Shown here piece after piece: positions 28,484-38,671 of a stretch of 64,000 nt of DNA. Origin of the DNA: Vicinamibacteria bacterium (GTDB lineage: Bacteria > Acidobacteriota > Vicinamibacteria > Marinacidobacterales > Marinacidobacteraceae); NCBI GenBank assembly GCA_963422395.1, contig OY729431.1:1504001-1568000 (forward strand). Reading direction: 5' to 3'. Numbering within the stretch: position 1 is the stretch's first letter; each line of letters begins with the position of its first letter. The position numbers and the translations under genes were made by a program. The notes beneath the pieces were generated by a model. The model worked only from the letters and a program-made list of their open reading frames with translations, was not told the origin of the DNA and searched no databases.

Positions 28484-29542
28484 CTACATCAGGGAGGCGG
28501 GGGCCGGGACTTCTTCGAGCAGCCTCCGGACGATGGCCTCGGAATCCACCTTCTCCGATTGCGCGTGGAAGTTGGGCTGGATGCGGTGCCTGAAGATCGC
28601 GGGGGCCAGCGCCCGTACATCCTCGAAGGCCACATGGTGGCGTCCGTGGATGAGCGCCCGCGCCTTCGAGGCCAGTACCGCGTACTGCGCAGCGCGGACG
28701 CTCGCGCCGTATTCGACCTGCTCGGTGATGAAAGCGGGAGCGCCCGCTTCCCCGGGCCGGCTGCTGCGGGCGAGATCCACCGCATACCGGAGCGCCGCTT
28801 CCGACACCGGCACCCGGCGCACCAGATGCTGGAACCGGAGCAATTCCTCTCCGGACAGGACATTCGCCAGTTCGGCGGTCTCGTCGGAGGTGGTGGCGCG
28901 GACGACCTCGTACTCCTCGGAGGCCGGCAGGTAGCCGATGACGATGTTGAAGAGGAACCGGTCGAGCTGAGCCTCGGGAAGTGGATAGGTCCCCTCCAGT
29001 TCGATCGGGTTCTGGGTCGCGAACACGAAATAGGGTTCGGGCAGGGGGTAGGTGCGGCCCTGGACGGTCACCTGGTGCTCCTGCATGGCCTCGAGAAGCG
29101 CGGACTGGGTCTTCGGCGGGGTACGGTTGATCTCGTCGGCGAGAACGATGTTCGCGAAGACGGGGCCCGGCACGAACACCAGATTCCGCTTTCCGGTCTC
29201 CGGGTTCTCCTGGATGATGTCGGTGCCGGTGATGTCCGACGGCATCAGGTCCGGGGTGAACTGGATCCGGTGGAAGCGGAGGGCCAGAACTTCGGAGAGC
29301 GTCTGGACGATGAGGGTCTTGGCGAGGCCTGGAACGCCGGTGATGATGCTGTTCCCACCCACGAAGAGGCTGACCAGAACCTCCTCGAGCGCCTGATCCT
29401 GGCCGATGATCCGCTTGCGGATTTCGGCGGTGATCCGTGCGGCGGCGTCCCGCAGCCGTTCGGCCAGCTCGCCGTCGGAAACTACCGCCGGCGAGGCGGC
29501 TGCTGCGGCCGGGGCGCCGCTTTCCATCGCGTCTTCGATCAA
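28484..29542 (-). CDS. moxR: MoxR family AAA+ ATPase
   Basis: GVPGLAKT, RIQFTPDLMPSD, DEINRTPPKTQSALLEAM, TQNPIE..GTYPLPEAQLDRF. Start is TTG 29542 after GGAGG, or ATG 29527. Confidence 0.95.
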   Translation of the reverse strand: MIEDAMESGAPAAAAASPAVVSDGELAERLRDAAARITAEIRKRIIGQDQALEEVLVSLFVGGNSIITGVPGLAKTLIVQTLSEVLALRFHRIQFTPDLMPSDITGTDIIQENPETGKRNLVFVPGPVFANIVLADEINRTPPKTQSALLEAMQEHQVTVQGRTYPLPEPYFVFATQNPIELEGTYPLPEAQLDRFLFNIVIGYLPASEEYEVVRATTSDETAELANVLSGEELLRFQHLVRRVPVSEAALRYAVDLARSSRPGEAGAPAFITEQVEYGASVRAAQYAVLASKARALIHGRHHVAFEDVRALAPAIFRHRIQPNFHAQSEKVDSEAIVRRLLEEVPAPASLM

Positions 29543-29589
29543 GGAAACCTCCTGGATTCCGGCGGGTCGGCCGGCGGTGGGACGGGCGG

Positions 29590-30447
29590 TCAGTGGGTCA
29601 TCCCGTAGATGACATAGTTGACCCCGAGCTTGAAAGCCTCGTTGGTGAGCGCCACCGGCCAGTAGCCGCTTCCCGACCACTCCCAGTAGTCGCCGATGTC
29701 GTGGTTGTAGTTGGCGATCACGATCAGGCGCTGGTCCGGGTCGTTGTTCTCGAAGAATCCGTAATAGACCGGTACCAGGTCGGGGCGGGCGGCGTGTTCG
29801 AAGTCCAGGGTCTCGATGTGGAAGAAGGAGTCGAAGACGGGATGGGAGACATCGAGCGGCACCGCATCGTAACCCGGCAGCACCCGCTCCATCGCCTCGA
29901 GGAAGTTCCCCAGTTGGAAGGGCTGGACGAAATCGTCCACCACCAGGAAGCCGCCCTTCAACAGCCAGGCGCGGAGGTTCTCCGCTTCCTGTTCGCTCGG
30001 ATTCCAGTACCCGACCTCGCAGAGATAGGCGAACGGGCGGCGGAACAGACCCGCCTCGTTGAGCGAATAGATGTCTCCGCCGCCCTCGTTGAGCGAGATC
30101 GAGGTGTATTCGGCCAGGATGCGGGTGAAGTTCTCCTCCCCCCAGGGATAGTCGTGGTTCCACTTGAGGTCGAGGCCCCAGTAGAAGCTGCCGCGGGAAT
30201 AGCGGGGCGGCTCGAAGCGGATCCGGGCGAAGGTGAAGCGGTCGTCGTAGGGGAAATTCTGGTAGTCGAGCGGAAGTTCGACCGCGGCCGGGTCGGGGCG
30301 GAAGGTCGCGGTGAGAGTGTCGGGCGCCGCGCTCTCGGGAGACGGCGAAATCGAGAGGCGGCTTCCGGCAGCGAAGAGCAGGCCGGCGAATCCGATCGAC
30401 AGCCCGGCCGCGGCGGCGGCTCGGCCGAATCGGGGCGAGATCACCAT
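29590..30447 (-). CDS. DUF4159 domain protein
   Basis: FTFARIRF, WNHDYP, LLKGGFLVVDDF, NHDIGDYWEW, LGVNYVIYGMTH. Confidence 0.88.
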   Translation of the reverse strand: MVISPRFGRAAAAAGLSIGFAGLLFAAGSRLSISPSPESAAPDTLTATFRPDPAAVELPLDYQNFPYDDRFTFARIRFEPPRYSRGSFYWGLDLKWNHDYPWGEENFTRILAEYTSISLNEGGGDIYSLNEAGLFRRPFAYLCEVGYWNPSEQEAENLRAWLLKGGFLVVDDFVQPFQLGNFLEAMERVLPGYDAVPLDVSHPVFDSFFHIETLDFEHAARPDLVPVYYGFFENNDPDQRLIVIANYNHDIGDYWEWSGSGYWPVALTNEAFKLGVNYVIYGMTH

Positions 30448-30448
30448 C

Positions 30449-33151
30449 TCACCCCTCCCGCCGCAATTCCAGCAGGAGCCGCAGCGCCTCCTCGAAGGTG
30501 GGGGCGATCTCCAGGGCTTCGAGCACCCGGCGGCGCGCCGACTGGCGGTCGCCGGCGCCGAAGTGGGCCTGGGCGAGGCCGAAGAGCGCCCCGGCGCGGT
30601 CCGGCGGATCGGTGGCCAGGACCGCGAGCCGCTCCCGAACTTCGATCCGGGGCCGCCCCGCGGCAGCGGCGAGCTCCGCAAGCCGTTCGTGGGGCTCGGC
30701 GAACATCGGATAGGCATGGATCGCCGAAACCAGAGCGTCGGCCGCCCCCGAGGGATCCTCGGCAGCGCTCTCGAGTTCGGCGAGTCGGAGCCAGGCATCG
30801 TACGCTGCGGGAACCCGGCGCAGATGCCGGGTCAGCGCGGAACGGGCCCGATCCATCTGTCCGGCCCGGGTGAAGATGCGGGCGAGAAACCCCTGCGGCC
30901 CGTCGGCACCGCCGTAGTCGGGCGCGATCTCGGCAGCGCGCTGGAGCCGCTCCTCGGCCTCCGCGTCCCGTTCGGCCCGGAAGAGTGCGATTCCGGCGAG
31001 GAGCTGGCGCACGAAATTCCGCGGCGCGGCGTCGGCCCGTTCCACCAGGAAGCCGGGGTCCGTTCCGCCCGCCGCGGGGGGATGGCCCGCTCCGGCGGCG
31101 GGGGCCCCCAGATCGCGGGCCGCCGCGCCGTAGCGGTCGCCGATCCCGGCGTCCACTGCGGCGTCGAGTTCCTCGGGAGCGAGGTCGAGAGTCTGCCGGA
31201 TCACTTCGGAACTGCCGAAGCCCCGGCGGAATCCTTCGAGCATCTCCAGGATCACGGAAAATCCGTATTCGGCCTCGATGTGTTCGAGCACCAGCGAGGC
31301 GTGGAAGTAGGACACCGCGACCTGCCCCGGCCAGCTCGGCCGGACGAAACCGTCGTTCAGCTCGGGAAGGTCCAGGAGCCGTCCGTCCCGCAGCGCCGCG
31401 TAGAACCCGAGCGGGGCGCCGTCGCCGAAACGCCGCCGTTCTTCGAGCAGACTCAGGCCTTCGGTGAACCAGCGCGGGACCCGGTTGTCGGTCATCCCCA
31501 GGGAGACCACGTGCGCCAGTTCGTGCCAGAGCGTCGATGCCCAGTGGTAGGTGCCAGCCTCCCGGGCCGAGGGCGATTCCAGAGCGATCACTTCGCCGAA
31601 ACAGACGCCGTGGGCGCCGATTCCGGGGATTCCCACCGTGCGAACCGAGAAATCTGCCGAACGGTCGTAGATTTCGATGCGGAGGCCCGCCTCCGGTACG
31701 AAGCCGTAGCGCTCGCCGAATCCGGTGAGTGCTTCCCGAGCCAACTCTTCGACATAGGGAGCGAGAAGCTCCGCTTCCGCCGCGGGAAGAACGATTTCGA
31801 AGGGAGGCGAAGACACCACTTCGTAACCGTCCAGTTCGTCGAGGAGATCCAGGGTGTTCTTCACCAGTGCATCGAACGGATCACGCGAGAACGCCTCCTC
31901 GAGCACCGTGCGCCCTTCCTCCATCCGGCCGAGGCGGAGCAGGTTCAGCCCGAGCAGCCGGCTCGCCGAGGCCGAGCCGGGTTCGAGACGAAGCGCGGCG
32001 CGGGCACGGCGGGCAGCCTCCCGGTAACGCCTCCTGCGCTCGGCGGCCGCCGCGAGGCCGATCTCGAGGCGGGGGTCGCCGGGCCAGACGGCGCGGAAGC
32101 GGGTTTCGAGCTCTGCGAGCGGGTGACTCTCTTCCGCGAGGAAGAGGGCGGCGCCCAGCGCACTCATCACTTCAGGCGCGTCCGGCAGCTCGCCCACTGC
32201 CGAAAGCGCCCGCCGCTGCGCTTCGTCTCCGCGTTCCCGCTCCAGCAGCCGGTGGACTTCGAGCGCCCGCGCCGGCGGAAAGCGCGGGTTGATCGCAAGC
32301 GCTTCCGCAAGGGGGTCCGCCGCCGGCAGCGGGGTTCCGCCAGAGCCGGCCGGCAAGCGGGCCAATCCGTAGAGCGCGCGCGGATTCCGGGGATTTTGCC
32401 GCAGAACGGACTCGAGACTCTCCCGCGCCTCCGCGGTGTTGAACTTGTCGAGCAACAGCTCCGCAGCCAGCAGGCGCGGCAGGGGATCGGCGGGGTCGAG
32501 GGCCGCGGCCTCGTCGAAGACGCGCAGCGCATCGCGGAAGAGCCCCGGGCTCCGGAATCCGAGCCGCGCCGCCGCCTGTCCCACGGCGGTGAGCTCGCGG
32601 GCCGAAAAGGCCGCTGCCGGCAGCTCGTCATACACCGCGATCACCTCGTCGAGGCGGGCGAAGCCCGCTTCCCGCTCGCCAACGCGCAGTTGCAGCAAGC
32701 CGAGCAGGGTTTCCCCTTCGAGCCAGTCGGTTCCGACTTTTCCGCGGACCTGAGCGAGCATCTCGTCCAGCGCGTCTCGCGCCGGTGCGGCCTCTCCCCG
32801 TTCGAGGTGGATCCGCGCCCTTTCGAGGAGGAGTGCGGGTTCGGGCGGCGTTTCCGGATCCGGCGGGGTGAGCACTGCGAGCGCTTCCCGGTATCGGCCG
32901 GTCAGCCGCAGGGTTTCCGCGAGCCCCCGAAGCGCCTCGGGGGTGCGGCCCGCCTGGCGGTACAGCGCCTCGGCTTCCTGGTAGTGTCCCGAATGGAGTG
33001 CCGCCGCGGCGGCGGGCGGTCCGCCGGGCCAGGAAGACGCTGGGGGGACGGGGGCGGCGGACGCCGGCGGCGCAGTGCCTCCTGCCGAGGCCAGCAGCAG
33101 CCCCGCGGCCATTCCCGCCGCCGCGGCGCCGCGAACGCGAGGATTCCTCAT
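30449..33151 (-). CDS. TPR-repeat protein with peptidase MA-like (gluzincin) domain
   Basis: Signal peptide, many TPR-like helices, WHELAHVV and PRWFTEGLS. Confidence 0.85.
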   Translation of the reverse strand: MRNPRVRGAAAAGMAAGLLLASAGGTAPPASAAPVPPASSWPGGPPAAAAALHSGHYQEAEALYRQAGRTPEALRGLAETLRLTGRYREALAVLTPPDPETPPEPALLLERARIHLERGEAAPARDALDEMLAQVRGKVGTDWLEGETLLGLLQLRVGEREAGFARLDEVIAVYDELPAAAFSARELTAVGQAAARLGFRSPGLFRDALRVFDEAAALDPADPLPRLLAAELLLDKFNTAEARESLESVLRQNPRNPRALYGLARLPAGSGGTPLPAADPLAEALAINPRFPPARALEVHRLLERERGDEAQRRALSAVGELPDAPEVMSALGAALFLAEESHPLAELETRFRAVWPGDPRLEIGLAAAAERRRRYREAARRARAALRLEPGSASASRLLGLNLLRLGRMEEGRTVLEEAFSRDPFDALVKNTLDLLDELDGYEVVSSPPFEIVLPAAEAELLAPYVEELAREALTGFGERYGFVPEAGLRIEIYDRSADFSVRTVGIPGIGAHGVCFGEVIALESPSAREAGTYHWASTLWHELAHVVSLGMTDNRVPRWFTEGLSLLEERRRFGDGAPLGFYAALRDGRLLDLPELNDGFVRPSWPGQVAVSYFHASLVLEHIEAEYGFSVILEMLEGFRRGFGSSEVIRQTLDLAPEELDAAVDAGIGDRYGAAARDLGAPAAGAGHPPAAGGTDPGFLVERADAAPRNFVRQLLAGIALFRAERDAEAEERLQRAAEIAPDYGGADGPQGFLARIFTRAGQMDRARSALTRHLRRVPAAYDAWLRLAELESAAEDPSGAADALVSAIHAYPMFAEPHERLAELAAAAGRPRIEVRERLAVLATDPPDRAGALFGLAQAHFGAGDRQSARRRVLEALEIAPTFEEALRLLLELRREG

Positions 33152-34245
33152 CCCTTCTCCTTCCGGGCGGCCTCGATCCGCTCGGTGATCTCGGCGATTC
33201 GGTAGAGCAGCGCCTCGAGTTCCTCGAGATACCGCGCTTCCTCCATGCTCTCCCGGACCTCGCGGAGCGCATCCACCCGGGCGGCGAGTTCGTCCCGCTC
33301 GGCGATGAGTGCCGCGATCTCCGGATCGCCGGCTTCCGCAGCAGCCTCGGCTGCCGCCGCGGTCCGCAGCATCAGTTCCCGCCGCGCTGCGAGCATGCCG
33401 TCCGACCCGGGAGATGCCTCCGGGTCAAGACTGCCGACTCCATCCCCGTTGTCGTCGAGAAGCGGGTGTTCCGAGCGCAGCAGCCCTGCCTGCTCGTACT
33501 CCTGCTCCACGCCGCGCCGGGCGAAGTCGAAGGCCTCCAGCGCCGACAGCCTCCCGTCCTTGTTCCGGTCGGCGCCGGCGCCCGAAAACGCTGCGATGAA
33601 GTGCTTCGCGAAGCGCGTCTCGTTCGTCTCGTGGGCCCGCGAAGCGGTGAGCAGCACCCGGCCGGGCGCCGACAGCGCCGGCACGAAGGCGCCCGAAGCG
33701 CTGCCGAGGTGGGCCACGGTTACCTCTCCCTCGGAAATCCCGTTGAGCATCTCGGCCAGGTCGCCCGGGGCGAGATCCGGGCCCGGCAGCTGGAATCGGG
33801 CGTCCGCCCCGCCGCTGCCGTGGCCGATGAGAACGAGGAGCAGAGGTTCTCCCGGATCGATCCCGGCGCCGGCGGCAGCGATCTGACGGCGGATCTCCTC
33901 GCGGGTGCTGCGCCCGGTGGGAACGCACGCCCCGGTTGCTTGCCCCGTTTCCGCAGGCTCCGCCTCCCGCTCCAGGAGGAGCTGGACCGAGAACGGCGCC
34001 GGTCCGGAAACCGCGGCCTCGCAGAGTTCCCGAGCCCAGCGGGAAAATCGTTTACGGTGATTCGGGCTCCCCCCGATCCCGGCGACCACGAGGAGCGTCG
34101 GCTGCCCCCTGCGCCCGGAAACGGCGGTCCGCATCTCCGCGAGGCTCTCTCTACCGGGAAAGAGCCCGAACGCCGACGGCGCGGCAGCGATCAGGGCGGC
34201 AGCGATCAGGGCGGCAGCGCGCAGCGAGGCGCCGGAATCCCTCAC
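33148..34245 (-). CDS. Secreted caspase/legumain-fold-like hypothetical protein
   Basis: GTG start overlaps the upstream stop. Signal peptide, LVLIGHGS, HLGSASGAF, EF-hand-like DRNKDGRLSALE and DDNGDG. Confidence 0.7.
   Translation of the reverse strand: MRDSGASLRAAALIAAALIAAAPSAFGLFPGRESLAEMRTAVSGRRGQPTLLVVAGIGGSPNHRKRFSRWARELCEAAVSGPAPFSVQLLLEREAEPAETGQATGACVPTGRSTREEIRRQIAAAGAGIDPGEPLLLVLIGHGSGGADARFQLPGPDLAPGDLAEMLNGISEGEVTVAHLGSASGAFVPALSAPGRVLLTASRAHETNETRFAKHFIAAFSGAGADRNKDGRLSALEAFDFARRGVEQEYEQAGLLRSEHPLLDDNGDGVGSLDPEASPGSDGMLAARRELMLRTAAAAEAAAEAGDPEIAALIAERDELAARVDALREVRESMEEARYLEELEALLYRIAEITERIEAARKEKG
34181..34219. repeat. 15-bp tandem repeat (2.6 copies) in a signal-peptide coding region
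   Basis: GCGGCAGCGATCAGG x2 plus GCGGCAGCG; encodes AAALIAAALIAAA on the minus strand. Confidence 0.8.
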
Positions 34246-36629
34246 CGAAGACCCCGCAGTGCGCGAAGACACCACTCGCCGGCCAGGAGGCCGAAGATCG
34301 CGAGGAACAGCGCCGGGACATTCCAGAGTTCCCGCCGCTCGATCACCGTGGCGCCCGAAGCGGCGAGGCTCAGGTCGAGCGCGAGCCGATCCGCCTCGTC
34401 GAGGCCGAAGACGCGCCCGCCGGTCGTTTCGGCGATCCGGGAGAGCAGTTCCCGATCCGCCTCGGCCTCGAAGAACTCGTCGTCCACCCTCCCGGCCTCG
34501 AACCAGGCCTCCCCCACCGGACGAGCTCTCTCCGGGCCGGCAGCGCTCTCCGCCCCGTCGCGTCCGCCTCCGGACTCGGGTATCGAAGCACGCGCTTCCA
34601 CCCGATAGGCGCCGGGCGCTGCCGCCCGATAGACGCCCGTGTACTCGCCGTCTGCCTCCCCGTTCCAGCGGAGCGGCACGACCTCCAGCTGCCCGTCGGG
34701 GGCGGTGACCTCCGCTTCGACGACGGCGCGGTTCACGGCGAGGAACCGCTCGTCCTCGACGCTCGCTTCGAGCACGATCGGCTCTCCGAGGAGAGCCCGG
34801 GCGGGGTGTATGGAAACCTCGACCCGGCGCGGAGCGTCGGCCGCCAGCCAGCGAAGCAGCCGCCGCCAGAGCAGTTCGTGCGTCTGATCCTCGACCGCGA
34901 CTGCAGCGTCCATCTGCCACACCCACAGATCCTGGACGGTCAGGCTCGCGGCCCGCCCGCGCCCGAAACGCTGCGATGCCAACACCGGTTCCGGCACGCC
35001 GCCTTCCCGAGCGCCTTCGAGCAGCACCGAGGCGCCGGGCTTGGGCAGCCCCGCGAGGTTCACGCTGGAGAGCAGGGGCAGATTCTGGTAGCGCTCCCGA
35101 TTCGCCGCGGGGTCCGGGTCCAGCCGGACCACCGGATGGGCAGCGCCGGCCCGCGTCGGCAGGACGCGCAGGGAGCGGAACGGGGAGGCGGGCGTCTCGG
35201 AAGCCCCGGCCGGGGCCTGCGGGTCCTCAGCGAGCGAAAGCGGCAGAACCTCGGCGAGCGGGGTGCCGCGGTAGCCGCCCTCGGAGTAGGCGCTTCCCCC
35301 TCCGAGGGTGAGGAGGCCGCCACCCCGTAGGCTCACCAGATCCCGCAACATGTCGAGCTGGTCCTGGGTGAAGAAGCTCGCCTCGACGCTGCCCAGCACC
35401 ACCCCGGAGTAGCGGAAGAGTTCCTCGCGGGTATCCGGGAAGCCGCCGGCCAGCTCGCCGGGGCTCGCGACATCCAGCCGGTAGAACTTTCCTCCGGCAG
35501 TTCGCAGCAGGCAGGCCACGCGCAGTTCGGGGTCGTCGGCGATGGCGCGGCGCAGGAACTTCATCTCCCAGCGCGGCTGCCCCTCGAAATACAGCAGCTC
35601 CACGACCCGGTCCTCGACCAGGACCAGCGCGCTGCGCTCGTTGTTTCGGGTCATCTCCTCCCCCGGGAACGGCGCTACCCGGAAGCGCAGCCGTCTCGCC
35701 CCGGCTTCCTCGACCGGCGTGAGCACGGTGACCGCGGTATCCACCATCGCGCCTTCGAGGCGAACCGCCGCCGAAGCGCTGATCCGGCCCTCGTCCAGGA
35801 CCTCGAGGCGCGCTGTCCGGCCGCCCAGCCCCCGCGCCCGCAGCGGGATCCGGATCTCCAGCATCGAGCCCCGCAACACCCGCCGCGGCACCTCGGGGAC
35901 CCCGAGTTCGAGGTCCGTTTCGAATTCGGACCCACCGACCGCGATCGGATACACCCGAACGCCCTGCGCCTTCAGCTCGAGGAGAGTCTGCTCGAAATCC
36001 GGCGCGCCGGGGCCCGCCGCCGGGACCGCTCCGTCGCTCAACAGCACGATCCCCGCGAGCGGTGCCGCGCCCAGTTCTTCCGCCACCCGGCCGAGCGCCC
36101 CGAAGAGGTCGGTTCGCGCCCCGAGGAACGACAACTCCGACGGAGATGACACCCGTTCCACGGTGTCGGAAAACCGGAAGAACCGGGTCACGAACTGGCG
36201 GTCGAGTTCCGGTCCGAGCGCTCCGGGTACTTCGGAGCCGTCCTCGGGAAAGGCGCGAAGCACCGCGTCTCCCCGGCGCATGCCCTCCCCGTTGTCCTCG
36301 GCGTCGGCGATCTGCATGCTGGCCGAATCGTCGAGCAGCACTCCGACGATGTTCTCCTGCGGAACCACCAAGGACAGGACGAGTTGCGGGCGGAGCAGGC
36401 ACAAGAGCGCCAGGGAGATCGCTCCGGCGCGGAGGGCGGTGAGCAGGAGGCGCTCCCGGGGGCGAAGCCTGCGGCCAACGCGCCGATACCCCAGCACATA
36501 CCAGACGGCCGCCGCGATCAACGCCGCGGCGGCGCCGAAGACGGGCCACGGCGCGAGCAGCATCAGTTCGCCCCGCTCGAAGGCGATCGGAGGATTGCCG
36601 AAGAGCCACTCGAAGACGCGCAAGATCAC
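34242..36629 (-). CDS. Membrane protein with vWA and class-I glutamine amidotransferase-like domains
   Basis: N-terminal TMs, DDSASM, LLSDG, LYFEGQPRWEMKFLRRA, GGGLLTLGG, C-terminal EWCLR. Confidence 0.85.
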   Translation of the reverse strand: MILRVFEWLFGNPPIAFERGELMLLAPWPVFGAAAALIAAAVWYVLGYRRVGRRLRPRERLLLTALRAGAISLALLCLLRPQLVLSLVVPQENIVGVLLDDSASMQIADAEDNGEGMRRGDAVLRAFPEDGSEVPGALGPELDRQFVTRFFRFSDTVERVSSPSELSFLGARTDLFGALGRVAEELGAAPLAGIVLLSDGAVPAAGPGAPDFEQTLLELKAQGVRVYPIAVGGSEFETDLELGVPEVPRRVLRGSMLEIRIPLRARGLGGRTARLEVLDEGRISASAAVRLEGAMVDTAVTVLTPVEEAGARRLRFRVAPFPGEEMTRNNERSALVLVEDRVVELLYFEGQPRWEMKFLRRAIADDPELRVACLLRTAGGKFYRLDVASPGELAGGFPDTREELFRYSGVVLGSVEASFFTQDQLDMLRDLVSLRGGGLLTLGGGSAYSEGGYRGTPLAEVLPLSLAEDPQAPAGASETPASPFRSLRVLPTRAGAAHPVVRLDPDPAANRERYQNLPLLSSVNLAGLPKPGASVLLEGAREGGVPEPVLASQRFGRGRAASLTVQDLWVWQMDAAVAVEDQTHELLWRRLLRWLAADAPRRVEVSIHPARALLGEPIVLEASVEDERFLAVNRAVVEAEVTAPDGQLEVVPLRWNGEADGEYTGVYRAAAPGAYRVEARASIPESGGGRDGAESAAGPERARPVGEAWFEAGRVDDEFFEAEADRELLSRIAETTGGRVFGLDEADRLALDLSLAASGATVIERRELWNVPALFLAIFGLLAGEWCLRALRGLR

Positions 36630-36672
36630 GGGGAAGAGAGGTTCCGGAAGGTCGACCGGGTCGGACCGCCGG

Positions 36673-37503
36673 TCAATGGGTCATCGCGTAGATGATGAAG
36701 TTGACTCCCATTTCGTAAGCGTAGGTCGAATAGCGGAGGGGGTAGTAGGGGTTTTCGGCCCATTCCCAGGCGTCACCGAGGTCGGTGTTCCAATTCGCGA
36801 GCACCATCAGACGCCGCTCATCGTCGAAGATCCCCTTCACCCCCGGCACATAGCCATCGCGTTCCCAGGTAGGGCCGCCCCGCATCCCCTGCCCCACATT
36901 GGGCACCTGGACGATCTCGTCCACTTCGTAGAAGGCGCGGAAGACCGGATGGTCCAGCGGGACATCTTCGATCGGGCGCCCCGGCAGGACTCGGCCCATC
37001 TCGTGGGCGAAGTTCCGCCATTCGTCGGTGCCCCAGAAATCGTCCACCACGAGGAACCCGCCGGAGAGGAGGTAGCGCCGAAGTGCCCGGACTTCCTCCT
37101 CGGTCATCGCCATGTAACCGACCTCGACGGCATAGAGGAAGGGGTAGCGGCCGAGGTCCGGGTCGGTCAGCAGGACTCCGTTTTCCCCCTCGTAGGAATC
37201 GAGGTTCGTGAGCCGTTGAAGCCCGATCAGGAACTGCCGGTCGGCCTTGGGATAGTCCACATGCCAGCCGCGCCAGCCGTAGCTGGAATAGGCCGCCCGG
37301 GTGAAATAGAAGTCGTGAGGCCGCTGGTGCGCCGGAGCCTTTCGCCCGAGCCCGTCACCCACAGCTTCGGCGATCAGCTCCCGCAGCTGGAGAGGGGTCG
37401 GTTGGCTCGCCGGCAACGGCGGGAAGAGCGGCGTCCAGCCGGTCAGCCCCGCCGCGGCCGGAACGGCGAGCAGAAGGGAAGCAGCAATCGCTCGGCGGCG
37501 CAC
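36673..37503 (-). CDS. DUF4159 domain protein (paralogue 2)
   Basis: WHVDYPKAD, LLSGGFLVVDDFWG, NTDLGDAWEW, MGVNFIIYAMTH. Confidence 0.88.
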   Translation of the reverse strand: MRRRAIAASLLLAVPAAAGLTGWTPLFPPLPASQPTPLQLRELIAEAVGDGLGRKAPAHQRPHDFYFTRAAYSSYGWRGWHVDYPKADRQFLIGLQRLTNLDSYEGENGVLLTDPDLGRYPFLYAVEVGYMAMTEEEVRALRRYLLSGGFLVVDDFWGTDEWRNFAHEMGRVLPGRPIEDVPLDHPVFRAFYEVDEIVQVPNVGQGMRGGPTWERDGYVPGVKGIFDDERRLMVLANWNTDLGDAWEWAENPYYPLRYSTYAYEMGVNFIIYAMTH

Positions 37504-37586
37504 GGCGAGAGAGACTATCGCGGCGGGATCCGCTGGTAGGATTCTCCGCCCTGCTGAAAATCGCGCTTCTCCGGAGAGGTATTGCC

Positions 37587-38660
37587 ATGCGGCTTCTTCC
37601 GCTGCCCATCGTTCTCCTGGCGCTCGCCGCCGGTTCCGCCTGTACTCCGGTCGAAGAATCCGGGCCCGCCGAAGAGGCTGCGGCAACGCCAGCGTTCGTT
37701 CCCGGACCGCCCGCGGACTTCGAGAGACCGCCCATCCCGGCGGACAACCCCCAGACTGCGGACAAGGTCGCCCTCGGAAAACAGCTCTATTTCGACAGGA
37801 GGCTCTCGGCGGACGGCACCCGTTCCTGTTACGACTGCCATCTCGTCGAACACGGCCTCACCGACGGCAAGCCGGTCGCCGAAGGCGCGCTGGGCCGGGT
37901 GCTGACCCGATCGAGCCCCACCCTTTGGAATATCGCCTATCACGACGAGTTCTACTGGGACGGACGGAGCGGATCCCTCGAGGCCCAGGCCCGCGCCGCC
38001 TGGACCGGCGGCAACATGGGCGCCGACGCCGACACGGTGGTCGGGGAACTGAACGCGGTTCCGGGCTATCACGATCAGTTCCAGGAGGTCTTCGGCGGGC
38101 CGGCGACGCCCGAGAATGTGGTCCAGGCCATCGCTGCCTTCGAGCGGGAGGTCTTCTATTGCGGCGATACCGCCTACGACCGTTGGCGGCGGGGGGAGAG
38201 CGCGGCGGTCTCCGATCGAGCCCAGCGCGGCGCCGAGCTCTTCACCGCAGACGCGGGCTGCGCCGCCTGCCACAGCGGGGTGCTGTTCACCGACAGGAAA
38301 TACCACAATGTCGGCATCGGCATGGATGCCGAGGAGCCCGATCTCGGCCGCGGACGGGTCACCGAGGAGGACGCCTGCAGCACGACTGCGGACGAACCCT
38401 GCCAAGGCGCTTTCAAGACCCCCACCCTCCGGGACATCTCGAAGAGCGCCCCGTATTTCCACGACGGCAGCGTCGTTACCCTGGAGGAAGCGGTGCGTCT
38501 CATGGCGAGCGGAGGAATCGACAACCCCTGGATTGACCGGGACGAGTTGCAGGATCGGGAATTGAATGAAGAGCAGATCGGCGATCTGGTGGCTTTTCTC
38601 GAAACGCTCGACTGCGAACACGGGTCGGAGATCTTCCAAAGGCCCTCCCTTCCCGAGTAG
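37587..38660 (+). CDS. Di-heme cytochrome c peroxidase family lipoprotein
   Basis: CYDCH and CAACH heme motifs, FYWDGR, FKTPTLR, PYFHDGS, lipobox GSAC. Confidence 0.92.
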   Translation: MRLLPLPIVLLALAAGSACTPVEESGPAEEAAATPAFVPGPPADFERPPIPADNPQTADKVALGKQLYFDRRLSADGTRSCYDCHLVEHGLTDGKPVAEGALGRVLTRSSPTLWNIAYHDEFYWDGRSGSLEAQARAAWTGGNMGADADTVVGELNAVPGYHDQFQEVFGGPATPENVVQAIAAFEREVFYCGDTAYDRWRRGESAAVSDRAQRGAELFTADAGCAACHSGVLFTDRKYHNVGIGMDAEEPDLGRGRVTEEDACSTTADEPCQGAFKTPTLRDISKSAPYFHDGSVVTLEEAVRLMASGGIDNPWIDRDELQDRELNEEQIGDLVAFLETLDCEHGSEIFQRPSLPE

Positions 38661-38671
38661 GACAGACCCCG

